NCBI GenBank assembly: GCA_003558985.1
Contig: PWNJ01000252.1
Coordinates: forward strand, 1 to 13,535
Length of the DNA stretch: 13,535 nucleotides
Origin: a candidate division CSSED10-310 bacterium
GTDB taxonomy: Bacteria; CSSED10-310
Reading direction: 5' to 3'
In this document: in pieces, positions 1-8,201 of the stretch
Layout of the letters: each line of letters starts with the position of its first letter
Position numbering within the stretch: position 1 is the stretch's first letter
The notes under the pieces: generated by a model
What the model was told of the DNA's origin: nothing
What the model saw: only the letters and a program-made list of their open reading frames with translations
The model's database searches: none
Position numbers and translations under genes: made by a program

Positions 1-17
1 CCGGGTTTCCAGGCTAA

Positions 18-91
<74 letters not shown>

Positions 92-131
92 TAACGCGCC
101 AATTGGATCCGCCGGCACGCAGATCGAGTTA

Positions 132-749
132 TTACCATGAATTATCAGTATAACGCAACAGAAAATCACGAATTTTTTGCATTGCTTTCCCGCGGTGACT
201 CACAGCATTTTTTTCCGACTCACTCAATTGAGCGTATGTTTTCCCCAGTTCCGGGACAAAAAATACCGGATCATAACCAAAACCATTTTTACCCGCAGGT
301 TCAAAAAGAATCGTGCCATGCGTGATCCCTTTACATGATTTTAGTATTTTGTTTTCTATCATTAAAACAGCATGACAGACAAATTTGGCAGACCGCATTT
401 GTTCCGGGACATCTTTCAGTCGTTCCAGCAAGGCCTGAACTTTTTCGGCATCTGTTTTGTTTTCTCCAAACAGGCGGCTGGAACGAATACCTGGCAGTCC
501 ATCCAGAGCAGCGACCTCCAGACCGGAGTCATCGGCCAGCGCGGGCAGTCCTGCCACAGTTGAATATCGCTGTGCCTTTATCATGGCATTCTGGCGATAT
601 GTATCACCAGACTCATCAATATCTCCAACCGAATAATCACTTCCCGAAACCCAATGAATTGACGTTTGACCTATAATACTTTGTATTTCTTCAATTTTAT
701 GCGAGTTGCCGCTTGCAATAACAATTGATTCAACACGTTCATTCCACAT
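132..749 (-). CDS. rdgB: Non-canonical purine NTP pyrophosphatase (dITP/XTP pyrophosphatase, RdgB/Ham1 family)
   Basis: 205-aa ORF with an ATG start. Ham1/Maf-like motifs IVIASGNSHK, GFGYDPVFFVPE and SHRGKA. Typical RdgB length. Confidence 0.88.
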   Translation of the reverse strand: MWNERVESIVIASGNSHKIEEIQSIIGQTSIHWVSGSDYSVGDIDESGDTYRQNAMIKAQRYSTVAGLPALADDSGLEVAALDGLPGIRSSRLFGENKTDAEKVQALLERLKDVPEQMRSAKFVCHAVLMIENKILKSCKGITHGTILFEPAGKNGFGYDPVFFVPELGKTYAQLSESEKNAVSHRGKAMQKIRDFLLRYTDNSW

Positions 750-791
750 CTACAAAACTTTCTTTAACCGTTGCCAGACGAATCTTCAGGG

Positions 792-1379
792 CTAACTATC
801 GACAGAAAACGGTCTGCGAATATCAATATGCCCCGCCAGAGTTTCAGCATTCTGTCCATTGATCAGAAATAATACGTTCGATATTGCCGGATAATTTGAC
901 CTGATGGTATGAAGGAAAGACTGTATCAAGCGATGCTCGGCGTTGACTCCGCCAATATTGAGCGGATATGCATCTGTTTTCAGATCAATGATCAGTCCAC
1001 CTCGACCATCCAGATACGCTCCGTTTATATTAATCCGTCCCCGGCCCGGCAAATAGGCTTCCTCTGTTCTGGACGGGCCAGCTACAAATGCTTCAAGACA
1101 AAACTGTATTTCCTGCCGCTCACTTTCAAAACCGCGAATCGTCCGTTTTTCTGTTACCCATTCACCATCAAGCGTCGGATATAACAAAGCCAGCTCACGC
1201 TCAACTCTGACACCATCAGAACGCTCAACCGACCAGGTCACCTCAGCAGGACGCGCGGGACGCCGCTGAATCTCAGCCCAAAAATAACCGGCTACGATGG
1301 CAGCAATCACAAACGGTAATGCTATCAGAATTTTTCCGGTTATCGGTTCATGGGTTTCATGATTCAGATCATTCTGCAT
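792..1379 (-). CDS. GerMN-domain membrane-anchored protein
   Basis: The reported ORF extends to 1508, but the internal ATG at 1379 lies 4 nt after the amidase stop and has GGAG about 11 nt upstream. N-terminal TM anchor (ILIALPFVIAAIVAGYFW) followed by a GerMN-like pattern: LYP...TEKRTI...LEAFVAGP...ININGAYLDGRGGLIIDL...IQSFLHTI...VLFLINGQ...LAGHID. Confidence 0.72.
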   Translation of the reverse strand: MQNDLNHETHEPITGKILIALPFVIAAIVAGYFWAEIQRRPARPAEVTWSVERSDGVRVERELALLYPTLDGEWVTEKRTIRGFESERQEIQFCLEAFVAGPSRTEEAYLPGRGRININGAYLDGRGGLIIDLKTDAYPLNIGGVNAEHRLIQSFLHTIRSNYPAISNVLFLINGQNAETLAGHIDIRRPFSVDS

Positions 1380-1383
1380 ACCA

Positions 1384-2493
1384 TCACTCCGTTTCCAGAA
1401 AAGCCCGAATACCATCAAACACAGCTTCGGCCGCCCTGTTAGCTCCCGCTTCTTCGCCAATGGTGATGTGCCCATAAAAACTGCTGTCCCATGACAGTTC
1501 CAAAACAAATGCCGGCATCGCCAAACCTTTCAAAATCTTTAATTCGCGGGACTGAATAGCGTAATCTTTCATGTTTGCCGTGACCACCATTCCGCTGGCA
1601 AACTCCTGAGCATAACTACGTGTCATTTCAATTGTTTCCCGTGAACGACTTTCCCATAGCGCCGGTTTCACATCAGATTCCAGCTCAACCCGACCTTCCG
1701 GAAGCGCGTAAACATGAAAACTGCGCCCGGGCATTTCATCCGGGGGAGCAATATGCAGTGATATAAAGACATCGGCACGAACACCATTAGCTTTTGCGAT
1801 GCGTTCTTCAAAAGAGACATCCATATCGGTTGTTCTTGTCAGTTCAACATGAGCTCCCAGGCGGTTTGCAACAATGTCCGCAACACGGTTAACTATAGCC
1901 AGAACGACATCTTTTTCCAGCGCTCCATCACGACTCATGCAGCCGGTGTCAGCGCCGCCATGGCCAGGGTCCAGCACAATAACCCATTGATCGTCAATGT
2001 ATTGATCTCTTCGAATATCTGTAATGCGCGGGCGAATAGTATATCGGCGCAACTCTCGTTCATCATTATGCCAGATTACATCACCCTCCCATAGCGCATC
2101 CACAAGATCATCCAGGATTTTTGTCGGAATCCAGATGTCTCCATCCTGTTGAATTACACGTCCCGGCAAAGAATGCATGCGACCATTTATCCAGATACCC
2201 TGACTCTTGTCAGCAAATCGCAAATGATGATCGCGAAAACGCATATCCGCTGTTCCTGTCACATAATCCCAGTCCAGTTCAGCATCCAGTAGCATTGACC
2301 AATAGGTCAAAGATAACCGTTCGATACCCTCAATCGCTTGAACCGGTATCGTGCCGGTTTGTGTACCATCGGCCGCAATAACTGCAATATCAGCCGATAA
2401 ACCAGTTGAAACAACCAGAGTCATAAACAGACAAACAATAACGGCAATCGCCAGTTTTGGGGGATTACAGGTCATTATCAAGCATAACTTCAT
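1384..2493 (-). CDS. N-acetylmuramoyl-L-alanine amidase (AmiC-like: N-terminal AMIN domain plus Amidase_3 catalytic domain)
   Basis: 369 aa with a signal peptide. Amidase_3 signature VIVLDPGHGGADTG with Zn-ligand context (ELTRTTD...SLHIAPPD). The N-terminal 150 aa look AMIN-like. An alternative ATG at 2475 is possible. Confidence 0.88.
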   Translation of the reverse strand: MKLCLIMTCNPPKLAIAVIVCLFMTLVVSTGLSADIAVIAADGTQTGTIPVQAIEGIERLSLTYWSMLLDAELDWDYVTGTADMRFRDHHLRFADKSQGIWINGRMHSLPGRVIQQDGDIWIPTKILDDLVDALWEGDVIWHNDERELRRYTIRPRITDIRRDQYIDDQWVIVLDPGHGGADTGCMSRDGALEKDVVLAIVNRVADIVANRLGAHVELTRTTDMDVSFEERIAKANGVRADVFISLHIAPPDEMPGRSFHVYALPEGRVELESDVKPALWESRSRETIEMTRSYAQEFASGMVVTANMKDYAIQSRELKILKGLAMPAFVLELSWDSSFYGHITIGEEAGANRAAEAVFDGIRAFLETE

Positions 2494-2670
2494 AGAATTT
2501 TACTACCTTTACATGATCCAGCCAACCTTATCCAATGGTATCGTATTGAGCTTTGAAATTAAACATGAAACTTGACAGTTTTAATGAGCGAACATGATTG
2601 TATTATTTTCGGGCATTTTTCCTGCAAAACTATTATGATAACAATTCAAGTTGTTTGGGGAATTCAGCGA
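2494..2670. promoter_or_regulatory. Divergent intergenic region between the amidase operon (-) and murF (+)
   Basis: 177-bp AT-rich non-coding gap. Contains TTGACA at 2572-2577 and a GGGG about 11 nt upstream of the murF ATG. Promoter assignment is tentative. Confidence 0.3.
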
Positions 2671-4035
2671 ATGAAAACAAACTGGCTTTTTATAACCGAA
2701 TCCATGCAAGGCAGCAGCCACGGTGTACTTTCCGGTGTTTGCAAAGGTTTCAGTATAGACTCCAGGACAGTGAAACAGGGGGAGCTGTATTTTGCATTAA
2801 GTGGCGACCGTTTTGATGGTCATCATTTTGCGGGAGCAGCAATTCAGAATGGCGCGGCCGCTGTTGTTGTTCAAAAAGAACGGTGCTCCGATATATTTCC
2901 GCGTATTGAGGTAACCAATCCGTTGACAGCTATGCAAATGCTTGCCGGCGCTGTCAGAAACACACTCAATATTCCTGTCATTGCAATCACAGGCAGTCAC
3001 GGAAAGACAACAACCAAAGACATGCTGGCATCTATCATGTCGCAACATTTCAAAACAGCATCGACTTTTCAAAATCTGAATGGGCTGATTGGTGTTCCTT
3101 TGACATTGCTTAACATGAACCAGACTGATCAGATGCTAATCATTGAAGTTGGTATTTCAAAACCCGGGGAAATGGAAATTCTGGCATCTGTGGTACGCCC
3201 ATCGGATGCAATATTTACATGCGTAGCAGCAGCTCACAGCGAGTTTATGCCGACACTTGATATAATCGCTCATGAGAAAAAAAAGCTTATGGACCAGATA
3301 CTGCCTGGGGGACATGCAATTCTGAATGCTGATGATCCGGTTATCATGAAGACGTGCCACTATTCCAACTCGGTTCTTTACGGCATAAAAAGCGGAGACT
3401 ACCGCGCTGAAATTTCAAGCGCCAGTTCAAATAGCACAGCAATTACTGTTAATGAACCCGGCCAAAATAACTTTACATTCCAGTTGCCATTAAAAGGCAT
3501 ACATAATGTTTATAATGCCCTGGCTTCCATTGCCGTGGCTCGCATTTATGGTATGTCACCGACAAACATTCAAAAAGGGTTTGATTCGACAACGGTGTCA
3601 CCACACAGATCACAAATCATCAAATTAAAAAACCTGACAATTATCGATGATGCATACAATGCCGCACCACGTTCGATGCGTTGTGCGTTACAGATTCTGA
3701 AAGATTTGGATGTGTCCGGACGTCGTATTGCAGTCCTGGGAGATATGCTGGAACTGGGCGTCAGCTCCGCAGCTGAACATGACGCACTTGGGAGCGCATT
3801 GACGGATTATTCGATTGATCTGCTGGTTGCTTTCGGCAAGTTTTCGGAGATCCTTTATCAGGCAGCACGTGAAACGGGTATTAACGGACACTATTTTCCG
3901 GATGCTAAGACTGTTGCTGAATTCTTGCCGGAATTAACAAAAAAGAACGACACAATTCTTGTCAAAGCCAGCCGTTCAATGCACGCTGAGCAAATTGTAC
4001 AAGCTCTTAAAGAAATTCACATGTCGTGTTGTTAA
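2671..4035 (+). CDS. murF: UDP-N-acetylmuramoyl-tripeptide--D-alanyl-D-alanine ligase (MurF-type Mur ligase)
   Basis: The start is the internal ATG at 2671 (MKTNWLF...); the upstream part of the reported ORF is non-homologous leader. Motifs: DSRTVKQGELYFAL, P-loop IAITGSHGKTTTKDM, NLNGLIGVPLTLL, IIDDAYNAAP and a C-terminal VKASRS. Length is 454 aa. Collinear with E. coli MurF from memory. Confidence 0.85.
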   Translation: MKTNWLFITESMQGSSHGVLSGVCKGFSIDSRTVKQGELYFALSGDRFDGHHFAGAAIQNGAAAVVVQKERCSDIFPRIEVTNPLTAMQMLAGAVRNTLNIPVIAITGSHGKTTTKDMLASIMSQHFKTASTFQNLNGLIGVPLTLLNMNQTDQMLIIEVGISKPGEMEILASVVRPSDAIFTCVAAAHSEFMPTLDIIAHEKKKLMDQILPGGHAILNADDPVIMKTCHYSNSVLYGIKSGDYRAEISSASSNSTAITVNEPGQNNFTFQLPLKGIHNVYNALASIAVARIYGMSPTNIQKGFDSTTVSPHRSQIIKLKNLTIIDDAYNAAPRSMRCALQILKDLDVSGRRIAVLGDMLELGVSSAAEHDALGSALTDYSIDLLVAFGKFSEILYQAARETGINGHYFPDAKTVAEFLPELTKKNDTILVKASRSMHAEQIVQALKEIHMSCC

Positions 4036-4038
4036 ATT

Positions 4039-4959
4039 TTATTTGTCAGCAGTTGAATTGGTATCAACCTTCGGACAATTTTTGACAGCTTTATTTTCTT
4101 CTGACTCCGGTTTTTCAATTTCATTTTTACCATTTGAGCACTTTTTGGCACATGGTTTTTGCTGACAGGCCATCAGACTGTCAAGATTGAATTCCTCAAA
4201 TTCACCCGAGCTCAATTCAACCAGTACCAATTGCTTTAATATAGCCAATTGACGAACTTTACCCTCGCCCCTGGGTGTCATAATACGTTTTCCGATTTTG
4301 GGCATCATTCTGGCCTGTTCCGAATAATGTTCATGCTCATATTGCAAACAGCACATTAATCTGCCGCAAAGACCAGAAATTTTACTTGGTATCAGACTTA
4401 ACCCCTGATCTTTTGCCATTTTTATTGATACGGAATGAAACTCACGAAGAAAAGTCTTGCAACACAGTGTACAACCACAGTTACCTATACCACCAATCAA
4501 ACGTGCTTCATCTCTGATGCCGATCTGTTTCATTTCAATACGTGTTTTAAAATGCTGCGCCAGATCTCTTACCAATTCGCGAAAATCAATCCTGCCATCC
4601 GATGTAAACATGAACAATCCTTTTGACTTGTCAAAGGCAAACAGCACCTTGACCAGTTTCATTTCAAGATTGTATTCACGAATCCTTTCCAGACAAAACT
4701 CTTCTGCCTCAGTTTCAAGCTCCTGCAGTTTTTTCAGATTGTCCAAATCCGATTGATACGTTTTTCGTATAACCCGAGGTAAACTCCCTGCGACAAATCG
4801 TGGTTTGACAACTCTGGGATTGGAAATGACATTGCCAAACTGCAATCCGATTGACGATTCAACCACACAAGTATCACCGCTTTTCAGAGGAATTCTCTGC
4901 GTGTTGAAACGGGATGAAAATGATTCACCGCGAACAAGGATGTCAATGATTTCTATCAC
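4039..4959 (-). CDS. ricT: PSP1 C-terminal domain protein RicT/YaaT (Fe-S cluster-binding regulator)
   Basis: 306 aa. Conserved PSP1 core with cysteine motifs GGIGNCGCTLCC and LCGRLMCCLQYE. A GTG start overlaps the tmk TGA stop (GTGA). An extra Cys/Lys-rich C-terminal tail is present. Confidence 0.82.
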   Translation of the reverse strand: MIEIIDILVRGESFSSRFNTQRIPLKSGDTCVVESSIGLQFGNVISNPRVVKPRFVAGSLPRVIRKTYQSDLDNLKKLQELETEAEEFCLERIREYNLEMKLVKVLFAFDKSKGLFMFTSDGRIDFRELVRDLAQHFKTRIEMKQIGIRDEARLIGGIGNCGCTLCCKTFLREFHSVSIKMAKDQGLSLIPSKISGLCGRLMCCLQYEHEHYSEQARMMPKIGKRIMTPRGEGKVRQLAILKQLVLVELSSGEFEEFNLDSLMACQQKPCAKKCSNGKNEIEKPESEENKAVKNCPKVDTNSTADK

Positions 4960-5636
4960 GGTATGTTTACCTTCATTCGATTCTGGACAACCTTCATTAC
5001 TGTTTCGGCGATACTGCTGAATATGTCCTCCGGTGTTCCAGACGCATCAAACACACGACATCTTTCAGGATCTGATTTGGCTATTGATAAATAGCCGCTT
5101 CTTACACGTTGATGAAAGAAGATATCTTCCTTCTCGAAACGTCCTTCGGCCTCAAACATGCTTTGCTGTTGTAACCGAAGACACGACCTTTTCAGACTGA
5201 TTTCAGGATTAATATCCATAACTATGGTTAAAGCCGGAATGCAATTATTCATTGCGGTCTGGTTCACCACATTGACAAAATCAAGATCCAGACCTCTACC
5301 ATAACCCTGATATGCAACCGATGAATCGGCATACCTGTCTGAAATTACTATTGACCCTTCGGACAACGCCGGTTCAATTATCTCAATAACATGTCTTGTT
5401 CTGTCGGCCGCCAACAGGAACAACTCTGTCAGTGGGTCAAGACTGCTGGAGACAGACAGCAGCAACTCCCTGAGTTTTGCCCCTATTTCACCATCCCCCG
5501 GTTCCCGGGTTAAAACTGTGTGATATCCTTTCTGGCGTAAAAATTTCGCCAGTTTTTTTATCTGAGTTGATTTACCGGAACCTTCTATTCCTTCAAATGT
5601 TATAAATAATCCATGCACTGTTAATCCTGCTTTCAT
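4956..5636 (-). CDS. tmk: Thymidylate kinase
   Basis: 226 aa with P-loop FEGIEGSGKST, a DRY motif region (ISDRYADSSVAYQG) and a LID region. ATG start. Confidence 0.92.
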   Translation of the reverse strand: MKAGLTVHGLFITFEGIEGSGKSTQIKKLAKFLRQKGYHTVLTREPGDGEIGAKLRELLLSVSSSLDPLTELFLLAADRTRHVIEIIEPALSEGSIVISDRYADSSVAYQGYGRGLDLDFVNVVNQTAMNNCIPALTIVMDINPEISLKRSCLRLQQQSMFEAEGRFEKEDIFFHQRVRSGYLSIAKSDPERCRVFDASGTPEDIFSSIAETVMKVVQNRMKVNIP

Positions 5637-5801
5637 TTATTAACGGCAAGCAGTACAAACGGTAGCAAAAACTCACTGGCAAGGCAATAAACAATTGCAA
5701 ATCCCGGTTGCTCTTGTAAAGTCTTTGTCCTAAACTGCAGCGAAGATGTTTTTATAAACATTTCTTTTTCAAAATGAGCAATAATTTTACAAGGATTGAA
5801 A
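5637..5801. promoter_or_regulatory. Divergent promoter/leader region for tmk-ricT (-) and lon (+)
   Basis: 165-bp AT-rich gap. Palindromic ATGTTT-TTAT-AAACAT at 5746-5761 about 40 bp upstream of lon. TATAAA-like element. Short uORF (see next feature). Confidence 0.3.
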
Positions 5802-5809
5802 ATGAGTAA
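5774..5809 (+). other. 11-codon upstream ORF (MSNNFTRIENE) overlapping the lon start
   Basis: ATG at 5774. Its TAA stop (5807-5809) overlaps lon codons 2-3 in the +1 frame. Its start context AAAATGAGCAATAA is a 13/14 repeat of the lon start context AAAATGAGTAATAA. Confidence 0.2.
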
Positions 5810-8201
5810 TAAAGACAAAGCTGAGAAAAGCGTATCGAAGAAAAAACCTGTTCGTAAATCAAGCAGACAATCAACATTTACTGTGAACGGCAAGAAAATT
5901 CCAAAATTGCTTCCTGTTCTGCCAATTCGGGGAACGGTCATTTATCCGACCATGGTTATTCCGTTATTGGTAGCTCGTGAGAAATCTGTTCAAATGATTC
6001 AGAAGATTCTGGAAGGAAACCGGATTCTTGGTCTTGTTGCGCAAAAATATCCGGAACAGGAGGATCCCGCCCCCGAAGATATTTATTCCATTGGAGTAGC
6101 GGCGCAGATAGTTAAAATGATAAAAATGCCGGATGACGCCTTGCGAATTATGATTGAGGCAATATGTCGAATAGAGGTGGATTCCTATGATGCGATGGAG
6201 CCCTGGTTTGTTGCCAGCATACATCCATTGTCCGAAACGCTTCGCGAGTCCCGTCGTCTTGATGCATTAACACTGAATATTCGTGATTTGTTTAAAAAGC
6301 TTGTTAACATGTCATCGAATCTGCCGAACGAATTGATATCGATTATTCAGGGTATTAGCGAGCCGGGCAAGCTGGCTGATATCATCACATCAAGCTTAAA
6401 TTTGACGCTTGAAGAACGCCAGGAGATGCTTGAGATAATTGATATTGGTTTGCGTTTGAAAAAGTTGAACATGTTGTTAAACCGTGAAATTGAAATTCAG
6501 GAGCTTGGTAACCGTATTCAGACACAGATCAAGGATGAGATGGATAAAAGCCAGAAGGAGTATTTTATACGTCAGCAGATGCGAGCTCTTCAGAAGGAAC
6601 TGGGCGAATCGGATGACAGAACACATGAAATCGAAGAATTGTCCCAACGGATAACGGACGCAAATTTACCGGAAGATGCTCAGGAAGCAGCCAGCAAGGA
6701 GCTTGACCGGCTTAAACGGATGCCACCGGCCGCGGCTGAATATACGGTATCACGAACCTATTTGGACTGGATACTTGAGTTGCCGTTGAATGTTTCAACT
6801 GATGACACACTTGAAACAACAAAAGTTCAGACAATTCTGGATGAAGATCATTTTGGTCTGGAAAAGATAAAACAGCGAATTGTTGAGTATATTGCTGTCC
6901 GACACCTGAAACCCGATATGAAAGGTCCAATATTGTGTTTTGTGGGACCTCCAGGCACAGGCAAAACCTCCCTTGGCAAAAGCATTGCCCGGGCAATGAA
7001 TCGGAAGTTTCATCGTATTTCTGTTGGAGGCGTTAAAGATGAAGCAGAAATCCGGGGACATCGACGCACATATATTGGCGCGCTTCCAGGCCGAATTATT
7101 CAGGGTATTCGGAAAGCCGGTTCCAATAATCCGGTTTTCATGCTGGATGAGGTCGATAAGATCGGCATGGATTTTCGTGGTGATCCTGCATCTGCGCTGC
7201 TGGAGGTGCTTGATCCGGAACAAAACAACAGTTTTGCTGACCATTATCTGAATGTTAATTATGATCTTTCAAAAGTTATGTTTATTACAACAGCCAATAT
7301 ACTTGAACCAATTCCACCAGCCTTGAAAGACCGAATGGAGGTTCTGAAGCTGTCCGGTTATACTCTTGAAGAAAAAATGGAGATTGCCAAAATCCATCTG
7401 ATACCGCGTCAGTTGGATGAGCACGGATTGGCAACAAAGCATCTTCGTTTTCACGAGAATGCAGTCAGCCGAATAATTCGAGACTATACTCTGGAAGCCG
7501 GAGTGCGAAACCTGGAACGCGAAATTTCGAAGATTTGTCGAGCAACAGCGCGTCAAGTGGTTGAAGGTCGCAAAAAAGTCATGGTCATAACTCCATCCAA
7601 ACTTCATACATTTCTTGGACCTCCAAAGCATTTTTCCGAAATCAAAATGCGAACCACTCAGCCGGGTGTTGCAATTGGCCTGGCCTATACACCATATGGC
7701 GGGGATATCCTGTTTATCGAAGCAACCCGAATGACAGGTAAAAAACAGCTCATCCTGACAGGACAACTGGGCAATGTTATGAAAGAGTCAGCCCAGGCAG
7801 CCCTGTCCTTTATTCGCTCAATGGCAAAAAGCCTGAATATTGATGCTGATTTTTACGAAAAATCCGATATCCATATCCATGTTCCCGAAGGTGCAGTTCC
7901 CAAAGACGGACCGTCTGCTGGTGTCACTATTGCTACCGCGCTGGTATCGTTGCTGACAAACAAAACAACCAAACACAATATTGCGATGACTGGTGAGATA
8001 ACATTGCGGGGTGATGTTCTTCCTGTGGGAGGGATAAAGGAAAAGTGTCTTGCGGCCTATCGAGCAGATATTCGTTCAGTCATTATTCCGGAACGAAATC
8101 TGTCGGATTTGGAAGATGTTCCCAAATATGTGCGGGATAAAATCACATTTATTCCTGTGAAACGTATTACTGATGTAATTGAAAACGCATTGAATAATTA
8201 A
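5802..8201 (+). CDS. lon: ATP-dependent Lon protease (LonA)
   Basis: The start is the ATG at 5802; the reported 5796 start is a TTG two codons upstream. Lon N-terminal domain (LPVLPIRGTVIYPTMVIPLLVAREKS). AAA+ Walker A GPPGTGKTS at about 6945-6971 and Walker B FMLDEVDK. Protease domain with catalytic Ser in DGPSAGVTIATALVS (Ser codon 7914-7916) and a Lys in GGIKEK. Confidence 0.95.
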   Translation: MSNKDKAEKSVSKKKPVRKSSRQSTFTVNGKKIPKLLPVLPIRGTVIYPTMVIPLLVAREKSVQMIQKILEGNRILGLVAQKYPEQEDPAPEDIYSIGVAAQIVKMIKMPDDALRIMIEAICRIEVDSYDAMEPWFVASIHPLSETLRESRRLDALTLNIRDLFKKLVNMSSNLPNELISIIQGISEPGKLADIITSSLNLTLEERQEMLEIIDIGLRLKKLNMLLNREIEIQELGNRIQTQIKDEMDKSQKEYFIRQQMRALQKELGESDDRTHEIEELSQRITDANLPEDAQEAASKELDRLKRMPPAAAEYTVSRTYLDWILELPLNVSTDDTLETTKVQTILDEDHFGLEKIKQRIVEYIAVRHLKPDMKGPILCFVGPPGTGKTSLGKSIARAMNRKFHRISVGGVKDEAEIRGHRRTYIGALPGRIIQGIRKAGSNNPVFMLDEVDKIGMDFRGDPASALLEVLDPEQNNSFADHYLNVNYDLSKVMFITTANILEPIPPALKDRMEVLKLSGYTLEEKMEIAKIHLIPRQLDEHGLATKHLRFHENAVSRIIRDYTLEAGVRNLEREISKICRATARQVVEGRKKVMVITPSKLHTFLGPPKHFSEIKMRTTQPGVAIGLAYTPYGGDILFIEATRMTGKKQLILTGQLGNVMKESAQAALSFIRSMAKSLNIDADFYEKSDIHIHVPEGAVPKDGPSAGVTIATALVSLLTNKTTKHNIAMTGEITLRGDVLPVGGIKEKCLAAYRADIRSVIIPERNLSDLEDVPKYVRDKITFIPVKRITDVIENALNN

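Noticed and set aside
335-676. 113-aa and 63-aa plus-strand ORFs inside rdgB
   Set aside because: Antisense to the conserved RdgB coding sequence with no start-site support.
1384-1508. Apparent 125-nt overlap between the amidase and the downstream 238-aa ORF
   Set aside because: This is an artefact of taking the longest ORF. The internal ATG at 1379 with a GGAG SD gives a 4-nt intergenic spacing, and the GerMN homology starts after it. Not a frameshift or pseudogene.
2572-2670. N-terminal 33 codons of the reported 487-aa murF ORF
   Set aside because: The upstream part (MTVLMSEHDCIIFGHFSCK...) has no similarity to Mur ligases. It lies in AT-rich intergenic DNA containing a TTGACA promoter-like element. 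The ATG at 2671 begins the conserved region.
5633-5941. 102-aa minus-strand ORF spanning the tmk-lon intergenic region and the lon 5' end
   Set aside because: It overlaps the lon N-terminus antisense and the AT-rich promoter region. Its hydrophobic low-complexity translation has no homology signal. Most likely a chance ORF in AT-rich DNA.
6774-6780. CTTGAGT half-site resembling an HspR HAIR element
   Set aside because: It lies inside the lon coding region with no matching ACTCAAG partner at N7 spacing. Judged a chance occurrence.
6795-7766. 149-aa and 165-aa minus-strand ORFs inside lon
   Set aside because: They are antisense to the highly conserved Lon AAA+ domain. Their Cys/Phe-rich composition is characteristic of spurious shadow ORFs.
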